A DNA stretch of 64,000 nt from Podospora anserina (Eukaryota). The position numbers were made by a program, and so were the translations under genes. Below the pieces are notes generated by a model. It was not told where the DNA came from and did no database searches. It saw nothing but the letters and a program-made list of their open reading frames with translations. Of the stretch, positions 1-11,693 are shown one piece after another. Within the stretch, counting starts at the first letter, position 1, and each line of letters begins with the position of its first letter. The stretch spans positions 4,774,001 to 4,838,000 of the forward strand of contig CM030336.1 in NCBI GenBank assembly GCA_017654855.1, given 5' to 3'.

Positions 1-3000
1 TCATCCAGGCCATGGAGATCATGAAGATACTCTTTGAACTCCCTTGTCATTTGGCAAACTTGCCCAAAGTCCTTCTGATCCAAAGTTGGGCCATCATGCT
101 CCTTCTTGTCAGTCTTTTGCAGGAATCGGAAGTCTGCCAGAGCGACGGCAGTTTGGAATGCTGCGCACCAAAAGCTTCGTCAGTACATCGCCACGTGGAC
201 TTGATTAACTGGTCTTACCATTGCGATTTTCCCGGCCGTTCCATTCCAGCCTCTTTACGATCTCATCTTCCAAGATGTATCGTTTGGCTCGCCCAGTGCT
301 GATGAAGTCGTGACGCTCGTTGGTGAGTTTGTCGACGAACTGTGTCCAAATCTGGCGGCGATTGTCTTCACTGAGCTGATAGTACTTGATGATGTGGATC
401 CTGGAAATGAAGGCGTCGTCGAAATGCCCGACGCGGTTTGTAGTCAAGAACAGGATTTCTCGGTAATATTCTATACAACGAAGAAACACTGTACATTCAG
501 GGTCAGTATTACTGGTGTACTCAGATGAGGATGCTGACGCAGAATCTCACCACATACAAGGCTGTTGCGCCGAAGGTCACTAACAACGCGCCGTTCCAGG
601 TAGATATCAGCCTCGTCAATCAACATGACAGGCCCCATTTTTCGGCCATTCTGAACCACTTGGAGAGCTGCTGTTCCATCTTGACTTCGTCTGTGCCAAT
701 GTCTTCACAGGTGAGAGATAGTAGAGGACGGTTCGTATACTCCGCGATACATTCGGCGGTCTGATGAGGGGCAGAACTGTTAATCGTGCACGGTTAAGGA
801 TAAATGTATGCCGACCTACATATGTCTTCCCAACACCGGGACCGCCATGTAGCAAGAAGATATGACCCTCTCCATTGTTTTCAATAAAGTCGGCGCGCCA
901 CGATGTAGATAAGCCTGGTGTTGGGCTCATGTTGCTGTACTTCTGAACCAATGCCTTGATCATATCTTTGCGTGGCGCAGGCATGACTAACATGTCAATA
1001 GCCCTCGGATTGAGTTTAGGCTCCAAGCAATAGGCTACAATATGGACGCCTTGAATGGTAACAACAAATTAGTAAGCCTTGTAGTTATCAGAGAGTCCTC
1101 TATGTGTAGGTAGGGAGTTAAGGGATCTTAGCACCTACCCCAAGTTCTGGACTTCAAGAATATTCCATAGAGAAGAGAGTCACACAGTAGATATCGATGA
1201 TTGGAATCATGCGCCCCGGACTCCAGTGTAAGATTCTCCACCATTGTTGGATCCAGCAAATCGTAGGATGCGTACCGAAAGTTAGCTGGGGGATGGGGCC
1301 GTCTGCCATAACTGCGATCGGGGTTAGTCAGGCATATTCATCCCGAGTAAATGCGCTGGCCCTGCACCCAGTCTAAGGGTTTGTCTCACCACTCTTCACA
1401 CCCGCACATCGCCAAATTGCGTCCGATATCATTGACGTTGCAGATTTCGGGTGCTTTCTCTTCGAACTCGTAGTAGTAGGCTGCAGAATCGACGTACACT
1501 CGACCGCTAAGCTGATAGTTGCAGTCAGATACGTGTCAGAAGGCCATACTCCCGGGTACATGAGTGAAGCCAAAATACTATCAATGGTGCTTTGGAGGAG
1601 ATGGACATACCAAACCCGCTTTCCTGGCTTTGCGTATATTGGGCTTGTGACTAGCAGCATCCTCAGAGTCCATACTTTCCTCACTTGCCTTCCTCCTAAC
1701 AACGTGTCTGTTTTGGAGAACAAGTGCCGCCCGGTCAGACGGGTCGCATTGATAGAAGGCCGGCTGACTACGTAAGAGTTTGAACCATTGCCTCCCCTGC
1801 GCTTCCAATCTCGCTTTGGTCTCGCCACCGTCTTTCTTGTCGAAAAGTTCGGTTGGGAAAACCTTCAGTGATGTGATTTCACGTTCTTCCCGGAATGGTG
1901 GCACAACAACTGACGTCGTGCTCCTTCCAACAAATCTGCCATCAAACCTTAACGACCACAATAGGATCTGATGCGGCCCAAAGTCTCGACGGTTGTCCGA
2001 AAGAATGGCGGTGTCATGAACCATGGCATGGACCACATGGGCAGCGAGTTTACCTCCCGATTCCACGTATACTGTCGTGCCCGGCCTGAAGAGAAGCCAT
2101 AGCATCTGGAAAGTACACATATTCCTCCGATGCAGCTCCTGTTCGGTCTCGATCCTTCCTTTGTATACCTTTGTCTTGAGATAGTTATGAAGCAGTTCCA
2201 GATGCTCGGCGGTTGTTTCAACCAAGGGGTCATCCGGGTTAGCGTTCTCGTCCGGTTTGACTTCACCCTTGTGGTGACTGGTTTTGCATCGTTCATGGAG
2301 TGCTTCAAGCTCGCTCATGTGGTGACCTAGGATAGTGTAAGGTTCGTTTAGTGACAAGACTTTATGGTCAAGATCAACGAAAGGGTAGTATGAGACTACC
2401 GAGCGTAGAGCGCTGAGGGCTTTTGACTCGATAATGATTCTCATGGTATGCACGTGTACAGCGATGTTTTCGTCGGTGAGTATTCCGGCTACTTTGTCGG
2501 CTCGGGTATCATCGCTGAGAAATCGGAAATTCTCTGGTGCGTGTGATGTCTGGAGAACAGTGACAACACTAAAAACAGAAGCTTGATGCTTTGAGACACC
2601 CTTACGGGCCGCCGAGAGATCAAATGGTGTTGCATATCGCTGTTTGCCAATGTACTGACCCTTTGTGTCGAGGTATTCCACGGAGTAGGATATTTTTGGC
2701 TGCTAGGTATCTTCGTCTTCGCCTGACTCTTGTTCTGTTCTCGGAAGAGGAATATGGGGTGTTTCTCCGCGCGTTCGAATATCGAGGCAACCGATGCAAT
2801 GGCATCGTGGGTTGAATTTGCGCTTGGCTTCCTTGTCACGCTCCTTCGCACCCTTCTCAACTTTCTGTTATCCTGGGGCTTGATACGTCGGGTTGTCCCA
2901 CATAGACATCCCACACCGTGGACAACGAGGGAGCCCAAAATCTTGAAGATGTCCGTGAGACCGACCGTTCACCACACAGTACAGGGGAACTTTTGACGTC

Positions 3001-3214
3001 CATTTTCCCTTCTCCTCTGCGTTCATTGTCGATGGGGCTGTTTGATCATCGCTGGTATGTTGTTTGGGTTAGAAGATACTTGATCATCGACCTCTGTGGT
3101 TGACGTCTGTGGATCGATAGGTTCTTTAGTCGTCTTCTCACTTGGGGATTTATCAGTGGGTGATACTGGCTGCCGCGCGACGGGATGGCGGGCTACGGCT
3201 TGCAAAGAGGCCAT
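1..3214 (-). pseudogene. Fungal AAA+ ATPase (long N-terminal region + single AAA domain), disrupted; 3' end runs off the left edge
   Basis: Walker A FLLHGGPGVGKT, then TAECIAEYTNRPLLSLTC, Walker B VMLIDEADIYLERR, FLRCIEYY..LFLTTNRVGHFDDAFISRIH and WNGRE.RN/AFQTAVALA across several exons. Lesions: 1-nt deletion near 630 (TGG GGC CT GTC ATG breaks WGAVML), in-frame TAG at 2703-2705 just before QPKISYSVEYLD, and frame breaks near 3030 and 1770. Candidate ATG at 3214. Confidence 0.85.
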
Positions 3215-3535
3215 CGAGAAGAATTGACGGTCACACGTGGAGATCAACAAAGATTCAACTGGGGAACGAGAGTGAAGGACAGGACCGGGAGGCACGCGGG
3301 GTAGGAAAGAATACCCTCGCAATTACCCCTCACTGATGACACGGTCACACACAGGTCGGCTTTATGATTGTGCCTTTCGGATGCATTTTTAAGCGGCTCA
3401 AGAGTGACAACTCAGGCAGCACCATGCCCGTGGCTCTTTTGGATTTTTAGATTCCCACTGCTGCCCCACACCCTTCATCCCCATGTCAACAACTGGAAGG
3501 TCCATGGAGCAATAGCATAGGTGTTTTCTTGGACC

Positions 3536-5942
3536 ATGGCGTCATTTAGACCAGCAGATCCTAGGACTACCACAGCAGCAGTTCGATCCTACAGTCTCAA
3601 AGTCGAAAAAGAAAGGCCAGAAGATTCTTTATCCCAAGCACTCGGTGCCACGGTTCAGCAGGCAGACCATCAACAAAGTATTCAACGTGTCAAAGCACAT
3701 GAGTGGGTTAGTTGGCTCCAGAATGACTGCTCTAGGTATGTGAGCACATAAGGATATGCTAACCGTGCATCGATGTGTTCATACGTCTGAATTCACTAAA
3801 TGTCCATACCAGTGATCCGATTTTTGATCCCTTAGAGCAACAGCGCAAAGAGTTGATTCGAGTCTGGCAAGAGTTTCAAAGACTCTTCGTCCCTCCAGGA
3901 GACGTAATATCCGGGACCACTCACTCGTCACTTCCTAGCATTGCAACATTGCAAGCGGCAGTCAATGACACCCGTGTTTGATGGGAGGCCAAGCATGAGA
4001 CTGGCATTGGCCTCGCCAGGAATCGGTTCCTCCGCTTCATGGAGACAATGGATGATCACTCATTCTTATTCAAGTTTGTTCCGACAGAGGACAAGTACAT
4101 CAGCCTCCTCACCGGAGTCGTGACATCGGTTGTCAAGGTATCTTACCCAGCACCACCCTCCATCGTAAAAAAGCACCTCGTTTTCCTCTATCCTGTCTAG
4201 TTGACGCTAATGTGTTGGTCAGGCCTCAGTGAACTACCAGAAAATTGCCGAGGGATTCTCACTTGCACTTGTGGAAATAAGTGAGAACCTGAGATTGGTG
4301 CAGAAGAAAACACAAGTGGCAAACACAAAAGAAATGCAGAGGCTTGTCGTGGCACTGTATGTTCAGGTCTTCATATTTCTTTGTCACGCCATGTCTTTTC
4401 TCCATAAACGGCACAAGAGATTTCTGGCCTCATTCAACAAAGGATTTTATGACAAGACGGTAAAAGCCACGGTTGATGGTATCCAAAAGACAATCGGCGA
4501 CATCCGCAACGAGGCGCAACACACCACTGAGCTCCGCATTGAGCACATGCATCAAAAGATGAACGACCTGGAGCCAATTTTGGCCAGGCTGCAACAGCTT
4601 GGAATCCAGACTCACGCGGACACACAGCAGCAGGTCAATGCGAAAGTTGCCGCAGCAGCACAGGGCTTTCAGAGACTGGGTGAGAATGCTGTGCATCAGC
4701 TCGAAGGTGTCGATGATCAGGTCACACACGGTAAGTTGGCCATTCTCTTTCATCCTAAACCCACAAATGGGCCGCAGGGCCTTGAGTGTGCCGCGGGGCC
4801 TCGAATCACTGTTGTCACAAAGAGTGTCGGTCCACTTTTGAGTTACCACCTCCATTGTGTCCTGATTTCCACCTGTCTAGGTAATGCTGCGTGTGGTATC
4901 CCACAACGGCGCCTTTGCTGCTGCAACTAATTCAACGAGTTCCAACGTCACAGACATCACTACGCAGTCTCCACAGCAAAGCTCACACACCCTGCCCACT
5001 TTGACAGTTAACGAGTCAGCCAACAAGCCAGCCACGGCGAAACTTCCCAAAACAGGACAATCAACAAACCCTACGGAGGGTAAGACAGCCAGCCATGATA
5101 TCTATATCAGCACTTGCACAACTTAACTAACATCATCGTGGCCTGCAGAGACCACAATGTCCGACTGTTCGCGAATCCAACAATACGCCGAAGCCCTCAG
5201 ACCATTTATCGAGAGTGACGAAGACTTCCACAGAGCCCACCAAGAGCCAACCATGATCCCGCAAGAGGTCTATGAGCGGCTCAGCAGATGGATATCTGAT
5301 TCTGCCTCCAAGATAATGTGGGTAGAAGGCCCGGCGTTTTCCTCTGGCAGCACCGCGCTTTCCAAGGCGGCCTTGGAAGCCACCGACAAAGTCTTGAGCG
5401 CTGGCATTCCTTGCATTTCATACTTTTGCAAGTCCCGCTCCAGCTTTGCCAGGAGTAACGCCGGCGGCAGTGGCGGCGGAAGTGGCAGCACACCAAGATT
5501 ACGCCACAGAGATGACGCAGTCATATCTCTCTGCTACTCCATGATCCGCCAACTCGCCTATGTTCTTCCCCTGGAAGGGTTCAAAGCAGACAAAGCCCTC
5601 GACGCTAACCAATTCGAAAAGCTGGATGGAACTCTCCACAGCCTTCCCACCGCGTTGAACATCATGAACGCGCTGTTTGAATACGCACCGCCCGTGATCT
5701 GTTTTGTCATCGACGGGCTTCAGGATGCAGGAGACAGGGACAGCATCAAGTACCTCTGGAATTTCATAATCCTATTGCGTGAGCAAATGAAGGATTCCAG
5801 TCGGGTATGCAAGATCTTGTTCACGACTGATGGGCGGAGTGAAGTGCTGGATCGTGGCACAGAGGTGCGGGAGAGGGTGGATGCATCTAGGCCGGTGCAA
5901 GCCAGGGGAGGAAGATCATTCCCGGGTGGTGTTTACATCTAG
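3536..5942 (+). pseudogene. NACHT-associated helical N-terminal domain (DUF7708/Goodbye-like) + degenerate NACHT/NPHP3_N-like P-loop fold, no C-terminal repeats; premature stop
   Basis: Multi-exon model (introns approx. 3737-3812, 4138-4222, 4731-4880, 5080-5148). Motifs HSFLFKFVPTEDKYISLLTGVVTSVVKASVNYQKIAEGFS and MQRLVVALYVQVFIFLCHAM; last exon RLSRWI..MWVEGP..ISYFC..ICFVIDGLQ..KILFTTDGRS. In-frame TGA at 3979-3981 with the frame open on both sides. The exon 3/4 junction phase is unresolved. Confidence 0.7.
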
Positions 5943-5967
5943 GCTATCAAGACGTCAAAGAGCAGGA

Positions 5968-6462
5968 CTCTTCTTTTATCGTTCGTTCTTTTTTATAGTT
6001 TGAGCTTCATCCCAGCATCAAGCATATTTACCCCGCCTTCGGATAGATCTTGTCCCAACTTAAAATAGGCATTATCCCAGCGTAAGACCAATATTCCCAG
6101 CTTTAAAAAGACAGTATCCCAGCTTGAAACCAATATTTCCAGCAATAAAAAGACATTATCCAGCTTAAAAAAGATATTATCCCAGCTTATGATTAATTAT
6201 CCTAGCTCCAAAGGGCATGATTCTTCTTTCGTTCCTTCGTTTTGGTCTAGTTTTTATCCCAATATCCGCCATACTTTACCCCAGCTTAGGATAGACATTA
6301 TCCCAACTTACCCAAGAATAACATCATCAGTCTAACTTCTCTTTACCCTTTGCCGCAATTATTCTCCAAAACTTATTTCTCATCTAATTCATTTAATTCA
6401 CAAATGTATTTATCGCATCATCCCAGCTTGAAAATCACAATTATCCCAGTTTGAAAATCAAC
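5968..6462. repeat. Degenerate AT-rich minisatellite, core (T)ATCCCAGCTT, about 21-bp period
   Basis: Cores at about 6011, 6032, 6054, 6076, 6096, 6118, 6138, 6159, 6181 and 6201, with more at 6255-6310 and 6420-6450. The block 5968-6062 is repeated degenerately at about 6221-6310. Confidence 0.8.
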
Positions 6463-7254
6463 CTCATTTAAACTTTGCAGTATTCTCCAGTACAAGAGCA
6501 CATTACCTCTGTTAAGAAGGACATTATCGCACTTTAAAAGGACCATGTTTTATCCGAACTTGGTTGATGATCCTCAGCTGCTTCAGTCTACATGCCCGTG
6601 TGAGACGAATCTGCATAAGATAATGGAAAAACAAATGCGGAAACTCGTACCCTAACCATACGAGCCTACCAGTAGGCAGGGTGCCAATGGTGTAGCCGGG
6701 AATATGGCTAGTCTGCTCTAAGCTGACATCAGTCAGCGTCCGCGCATCAAGCAAGGATGATTACATACGCAGTAGGATTAGGAGCGGTGAACACTACCCC
6801 TCAAAGCCATTATACGATACGGTATCATCAACGCACTCAATACAACAGGCGTGATTCATTTGTCAGCAGCTAGAGCTACATCAACGTTGGTCTTCGACAT
6901 TTGGGGTTGAATTTGACCTCTACGAGCCTCCGCTGTTGGTAGTGCTGACAGGAAACAATGATTTCGAAGGGGTAAAATTACACGAGAACGGGGCTAGAAG
7001 AAGTAAAATACAAAGTTGCGACTCGCTTAGGGGATCGTCACTGATGAAATACTGATCACAGACTTCAACCTTCCTAAAAAGGTACCATTCCCAAAGGCAG
7101 CTTGAAACCCTGAGCATTGTGAACGCAAATATAAAGCACATTAAGTATAAAGCACATTGCCTCACCGACTTTTGTCTGGCTTCATCACTCTCTCCATCGA
7201 CATCCTCCACAACCCTGTCTCCTCAGCCTTCAACAAAAAGCCTCCCTCGCCAAA

Positions 7255-7644
7255 ATGGTCAGCGCCAAGTACCTCCTCCTCGCACCTACCAGCTGCCTCA
7301 CCGTTACCGCCAACGGCAGCGTCTGGTGGCATACTTGCGGGTTAGTGTCATCTTATTCTATGACCTCATCAAGAATGCCTCTACTAACAGTGTTCTTAGC
7401 AACTGCAAGTGTCCCCACACTGGCTCTTACGAGGGTTTCAGTGGTACCAGCCCCTGCATCAGGCTCGACAGCTCCATCCGCTCGATCGGGCTCACCCACG
7501 TCGGCACCAAGTCGACCACTTGCAGCATCTTCTCTGACAACAAGCTGCCAAGACCAGAGGCAGAGCGTAGGCTCCAGTGGGACGTACGCTTGCACGGCGT
7601 TCAACCAGAACTCGGGGAGCATGAGGTGCTACTACAATGTCTAA
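7255..7644 (+). pseudogene. Small secreted cysteine-rich protein (8 Cys in the mature part) with a +1 frameshift
   Basis: Signal-like MVSAKYLLLAPTSCLTVTA; intron 7341-7399 (GTTAGT..CTAAC..TAG); exon 2 NCKCPHTG..PCIRL..TCSIFSDN. An extra A at about 7542 shifts away from SCQDQRQSVG..YACTAF..SMRCYYNV*. Confidence 0.7.
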
Positions 7645-7887
7645 GCGCTCGAACCTGGGGTTGGAAGGTCAACTGAGAGGGCATAGATTCATGACACGAT
7701 GTATCTGTGGGATGGTAGATTCGTGAGACAATTGTTGGTGGGAGACTGGGTCATCTTGTCCATAAGTCGACTCCTTGTGGCGATGCTTTATGGGCAAACA
7801 TTGAGGTTCAGCAGTCATCGGACAGAAGCATCGTATACTGGTGTCGATATTCCTCTTCCTCTAGTAACTCTAGACTCTCCAAGACCT

Positions 7888-10013
7888 TCAGAAACTTCGC
7901 CTATCTTGCAGATTCCAATTGTTGTGATCGATTCCCATGCCAACCCCCCTAGTTACTCGTCTTAACCCATGAACCGAGTGATCCTTTGGGGCCACTGGCA
8001 ACTCCCAATGGTCGTGTTCGACGCTGACTTCGACTCTTTGCACCGACATCCGCGCACTGTCCCTCACTGTGTTGTTTGCTAGTCCTGATGGTTCCCAGTA
8101 ACCACAAAGCCTATCAAATTCCGGGTTGTAAATTGGCATCTCCATGATTGGAGATTTGCTGGAATGTTTTAGAGGCAGCGGCCACTGGGCGGTCTTGTTT
8201 TTTTCTTTCTTGGCTTTCTTGTGATGATGGATCATCCAAATCACCAGAGAGACTATGATAGCCAGAGCAAGCATTCCCCCGGCTCCGGCTCCTGCGATAG
8301 CCCCGACTGGAGTTTGAGTCGTTGAGAAATCTTGTCGTGAGTCCGCTTGCTCTGTGCCATTGGGGATGTCTGGTAGCTTGCTAGGCGCGCTCCCTGGAGG
8401 TTCAGCGTCCGTATCTGTCACAAACAGGGTCCTCACCTGCTCGGAAGACCAGACAACCTTGTCCATACTTCTACACGTAGGACAGCATTAGCCTCTTCTC
8501 GCGATGGAACCAGTATTGCCTTTTGGAGATGACATGTAACTTGAAACTAACCCGTTCTGATACCACTCGTCCAGACTTTTAGCCCGAACATAATTCTTGG
8601 CTTTGGCGTCATAGTTATCGTTCCAGGTTTGGGCAGTCATGTCAAAGAGTAGTAAGCCTTGTGGAGCTGCATCCACGGACTTGATTTTATCAGTGACGCC
8701 GCCGATACTGAGCACCTGATTTCCCATAGAGACACACGCACTGGAATAATTGAACTGTCAGTGCGGATTCATGGTGAATATTATTGTAAAGACCGACTGG
8801 AAGAATCGCGGCCCTGCCGGAGGAGTTGGAACCAGGGTCCACACGAAGCCTGGCAGGCTGAGAATGTAGGCATCATCGTAGTAGCTCTGCTGCGCTTCGT
8901 TCCGTCCTCCAAATATAAAGCTGTTAAACCATCAACGACTGTGTTACCAAAGTATTCTGGTTATTTGGCAGAATTTAAACTTACACATCATAACCAACCC
9001 CTGCTATAGCGAAGCCGGTGACGCAAAAGTGAGCCCGGGGATAAGGCGGTATATCTCCTGTGGCAATTTGCCAATATCTTTCTCCTGTTTCCGGGTCGAA
9101 GAATGACAAGTTCCTAAAATCGAAGCCAGGCGAGTCTTCGAGGCTGACCTGTCGGTCGACATAAGACCTGTGGCCCCCCAAGACCAGTATCAACCCCTGC
9201 TGGCTTTTCGTGCCAGTGTTAGCCGGGATGAAGTGAGCCCTCGCCCCAATAAGTGTCTCGAATGGGCTTCTGTTGGAGCCCGCATCGTTGGCTGTGCCAT
9301 TGCTGATCTCCTTAGTTCGCATGTCAAATGAGACCATGCCTGGGATGGCCTGAGTGTCTGTGAAGCCCAGTTGTGTCCCACCCCAAACGGAACCTCCAAT
9401 TAGAAAGCCTTTGTCGTCCGTGTTAGCATAAGCTCCCCTCTCTGGTGATAACAAAATTTTAAAGGCCTCCGGATTTGCAAAATCCTGGAAAAGTGACCAG
9501 CTCCCTCCCCCTCTGCCATCTGCGCTGAACTTCCACATCTCGGACCCGGTCACAGATCTTCCCAATGAGAAAACACCACCCCAAGAGTAGAATCCGCCCG
9601 TTCCTTCCTTGTCTGTCCATATCATCGGCGCGTTTCTAGGAGCGTTGGGCTTCCCTATCGTCCGGATAGAGACATCGCTTGTAGTCCAAGAGATGGAGAT
9701 GTCAATGGACAGTGTTGAGTTCACTAGGATTGAATATTGAGATTAGACTGGTATTCCCGTCACCTGCTGGGCGAACAGTTGAGGCACATGGGGAGCTACC
9801 TTGGTAAACTGGAGCCTCGTCTATTGTCCCGTTCTCGAACTGATTGATCTCACCCCCGTCGATGTAGACGTAATCACCAATCACTGTGGCGGCGACGTTC
9901 CATCTCCTGACGAAATCTTCAACTCGAGGTACATCAAGTCGTACTCCTTGGACTGCCGCTGGGATGGCTATCAAAACGAACCCAAATAAAGAAGCCAAAC
10001 GAGCGGGAAACAT
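7888..10013 (-). CDS. Kelch-repeat-like secreted ectodomain + single-pass transmembrane protein
   Basis: Signal peptide MFPARLASLFGFVLIAIPAAVQG; VIGDYVYIDGGE, NSTLSIDISISWT, LILVLGG, FIFGG..YILSLPGFVW, QVLSIGG..LLLFDMTAQTW; TM GAIAGAGAGGMLALAIIVSLVIWMI followed by a basic stop-transfer. At least 4 introns. Confidence 0.8.
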
Positions 10014-11693
10014 GTTATCAAACGGCAAAAGTGAAAGAACAAGCAACAGAAGACCGCAAGTAGATGCAAATGAAGGTAAGACAACAAAGTGTTGTGGGTT
10101 TCAATTTCCTCATAATAATAGAGGGGTCTAGCCCACCTGAAAAGGGTCAGAGCTTCGAGATAGGGGCAAGTGAACTGCCGCCTAGCCATGGGGGCCATTT
10201 GAAGAGTTGACCGTCCAGGTTGGGTCTGCCTAGGCCGGCCATTCCAGTTTGCGTCTCATTAATATGGCCAATCATGGCGTGGACCACATCGACGTAACAT
10301 CAATCTGTGGCTGTATCAATGAATGTCGGAAATATAATTCATGTCGCTGGTGTTGCATTGTTGCGGTTTACAGTGCTCGGGTTTGGAACCAATCAACCCT
10401 TTCTTCGCCCCTTATTTTCCATTCAGACCCATCAAACCTAGGCCTCCAGGGAGTTTGAATGCCCCATGAACCAGGTAGATATCTTCCGTTATTTGGTTTT
10501 TAACCGCCCGGCCACCGTGCAGGTTGTACGCTTCTCTCTGTTCGGTATCACCAGCCCGGACACCCTGAGACAACGAGGATGAGGCCACCCCAGTACTGTC
10601 ACCAGGTGAATTTGCCCAATTACCTACGCTAGAAACTATGAGTACTGATCTTGGAATGCAACCGTGTAACAAGAACTAGTTTCAACGTGGAATATCTCCG
10701 AGAGGCGAGCCGACCGCGAGCAAACACGAGATGCGGGATAACTGTTGGCTAGCGTACCAACTCCAAGACATGAGTGGCACAGCATCCGAGACAATGTAAC
10801 AGCGTCTTGAAGCCAGCCATGTTGATGGTATATGACGTCAGCGGGAGTATGATAAAAAAATATCGTTTCTGTGAACTAGGTCTCTTTTGCATTGTGGATG
10901 GGTCGCTTTGCGCAACGCCAAAGAGACGGACAGAACAAAAATCACACCAGGCGGAGAAGCGCTACTCAAAGAAGCCACGACTCCAAGAAGGGTGGACGGA
11001 GTCGGGCATTTCGCAGTTGAAGATGGATTTTGGCCCGGAAGTCTGTGCTTGGCTGGAAAGTGCTGTTGAATAGCGCAAAACTTAAAAAAGTGTCGTGGCT
11101 GCTGTCAAAAGGCGCAGCGCTTTGACTGGCGTGGGAAATGGCAAATTCCTTCCTTGGTCTCGGCCCGGACTCCAGGACTCGGTCAGTTGCCGCGCTCCGG
11201 GGCCGTTGAGACATGTGGTGCTGTGATGCTACAGAATTTGCATCAAGGTCGTGGTTGTGGTAATCTTCGGTGTGGCTCAATGAAGGCTTAACCTACCTAA
11301 ACATGGCCGTCTGAGTGTGCTCAAAAAACACGACCAAATGGGCGTAAACGCCCATCCCTCAACAACTGGTGACTCGGATGGTGTGAATCACCACCTATGG
11401 GCATCAATCCTGAGCGCTTCGAAACTTCAATTATGCAGTGTATTCGGCCTGCATACGAGCGCGGGAATGGTGTGGCCCCCAAACCCCGGAATCTCCGGCC
11501 TTGATACAGGGATCGTTTATAAGCGGCTTATGAATACACAGCTCCTGTGAACTCGGCGACCGAAGAATATTCCGAGCGGGTGCTTTTCTATCTTATCTCA
11601 ATCCTTCCATATCTGATTCATAACCGAGGAGCCTCGCCTTGGCTTCTTGGCCTTTCTCTCCTGCCAGGGACATATTTTGTTTACTTCTCCAGA

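Noticed and set aside
5968-6462. CRISPR-like array
   Set aside because: Eukaryotic context, no cas genes, cores are only about 9 bp and the linkers are related to one another rather than unique spacers.
10200-11690. Short ORFs in the Kelch/MFS divergent intergenic region
   Set aside because: No motifs, splice structure or codon bias; treated as promoter DNA.
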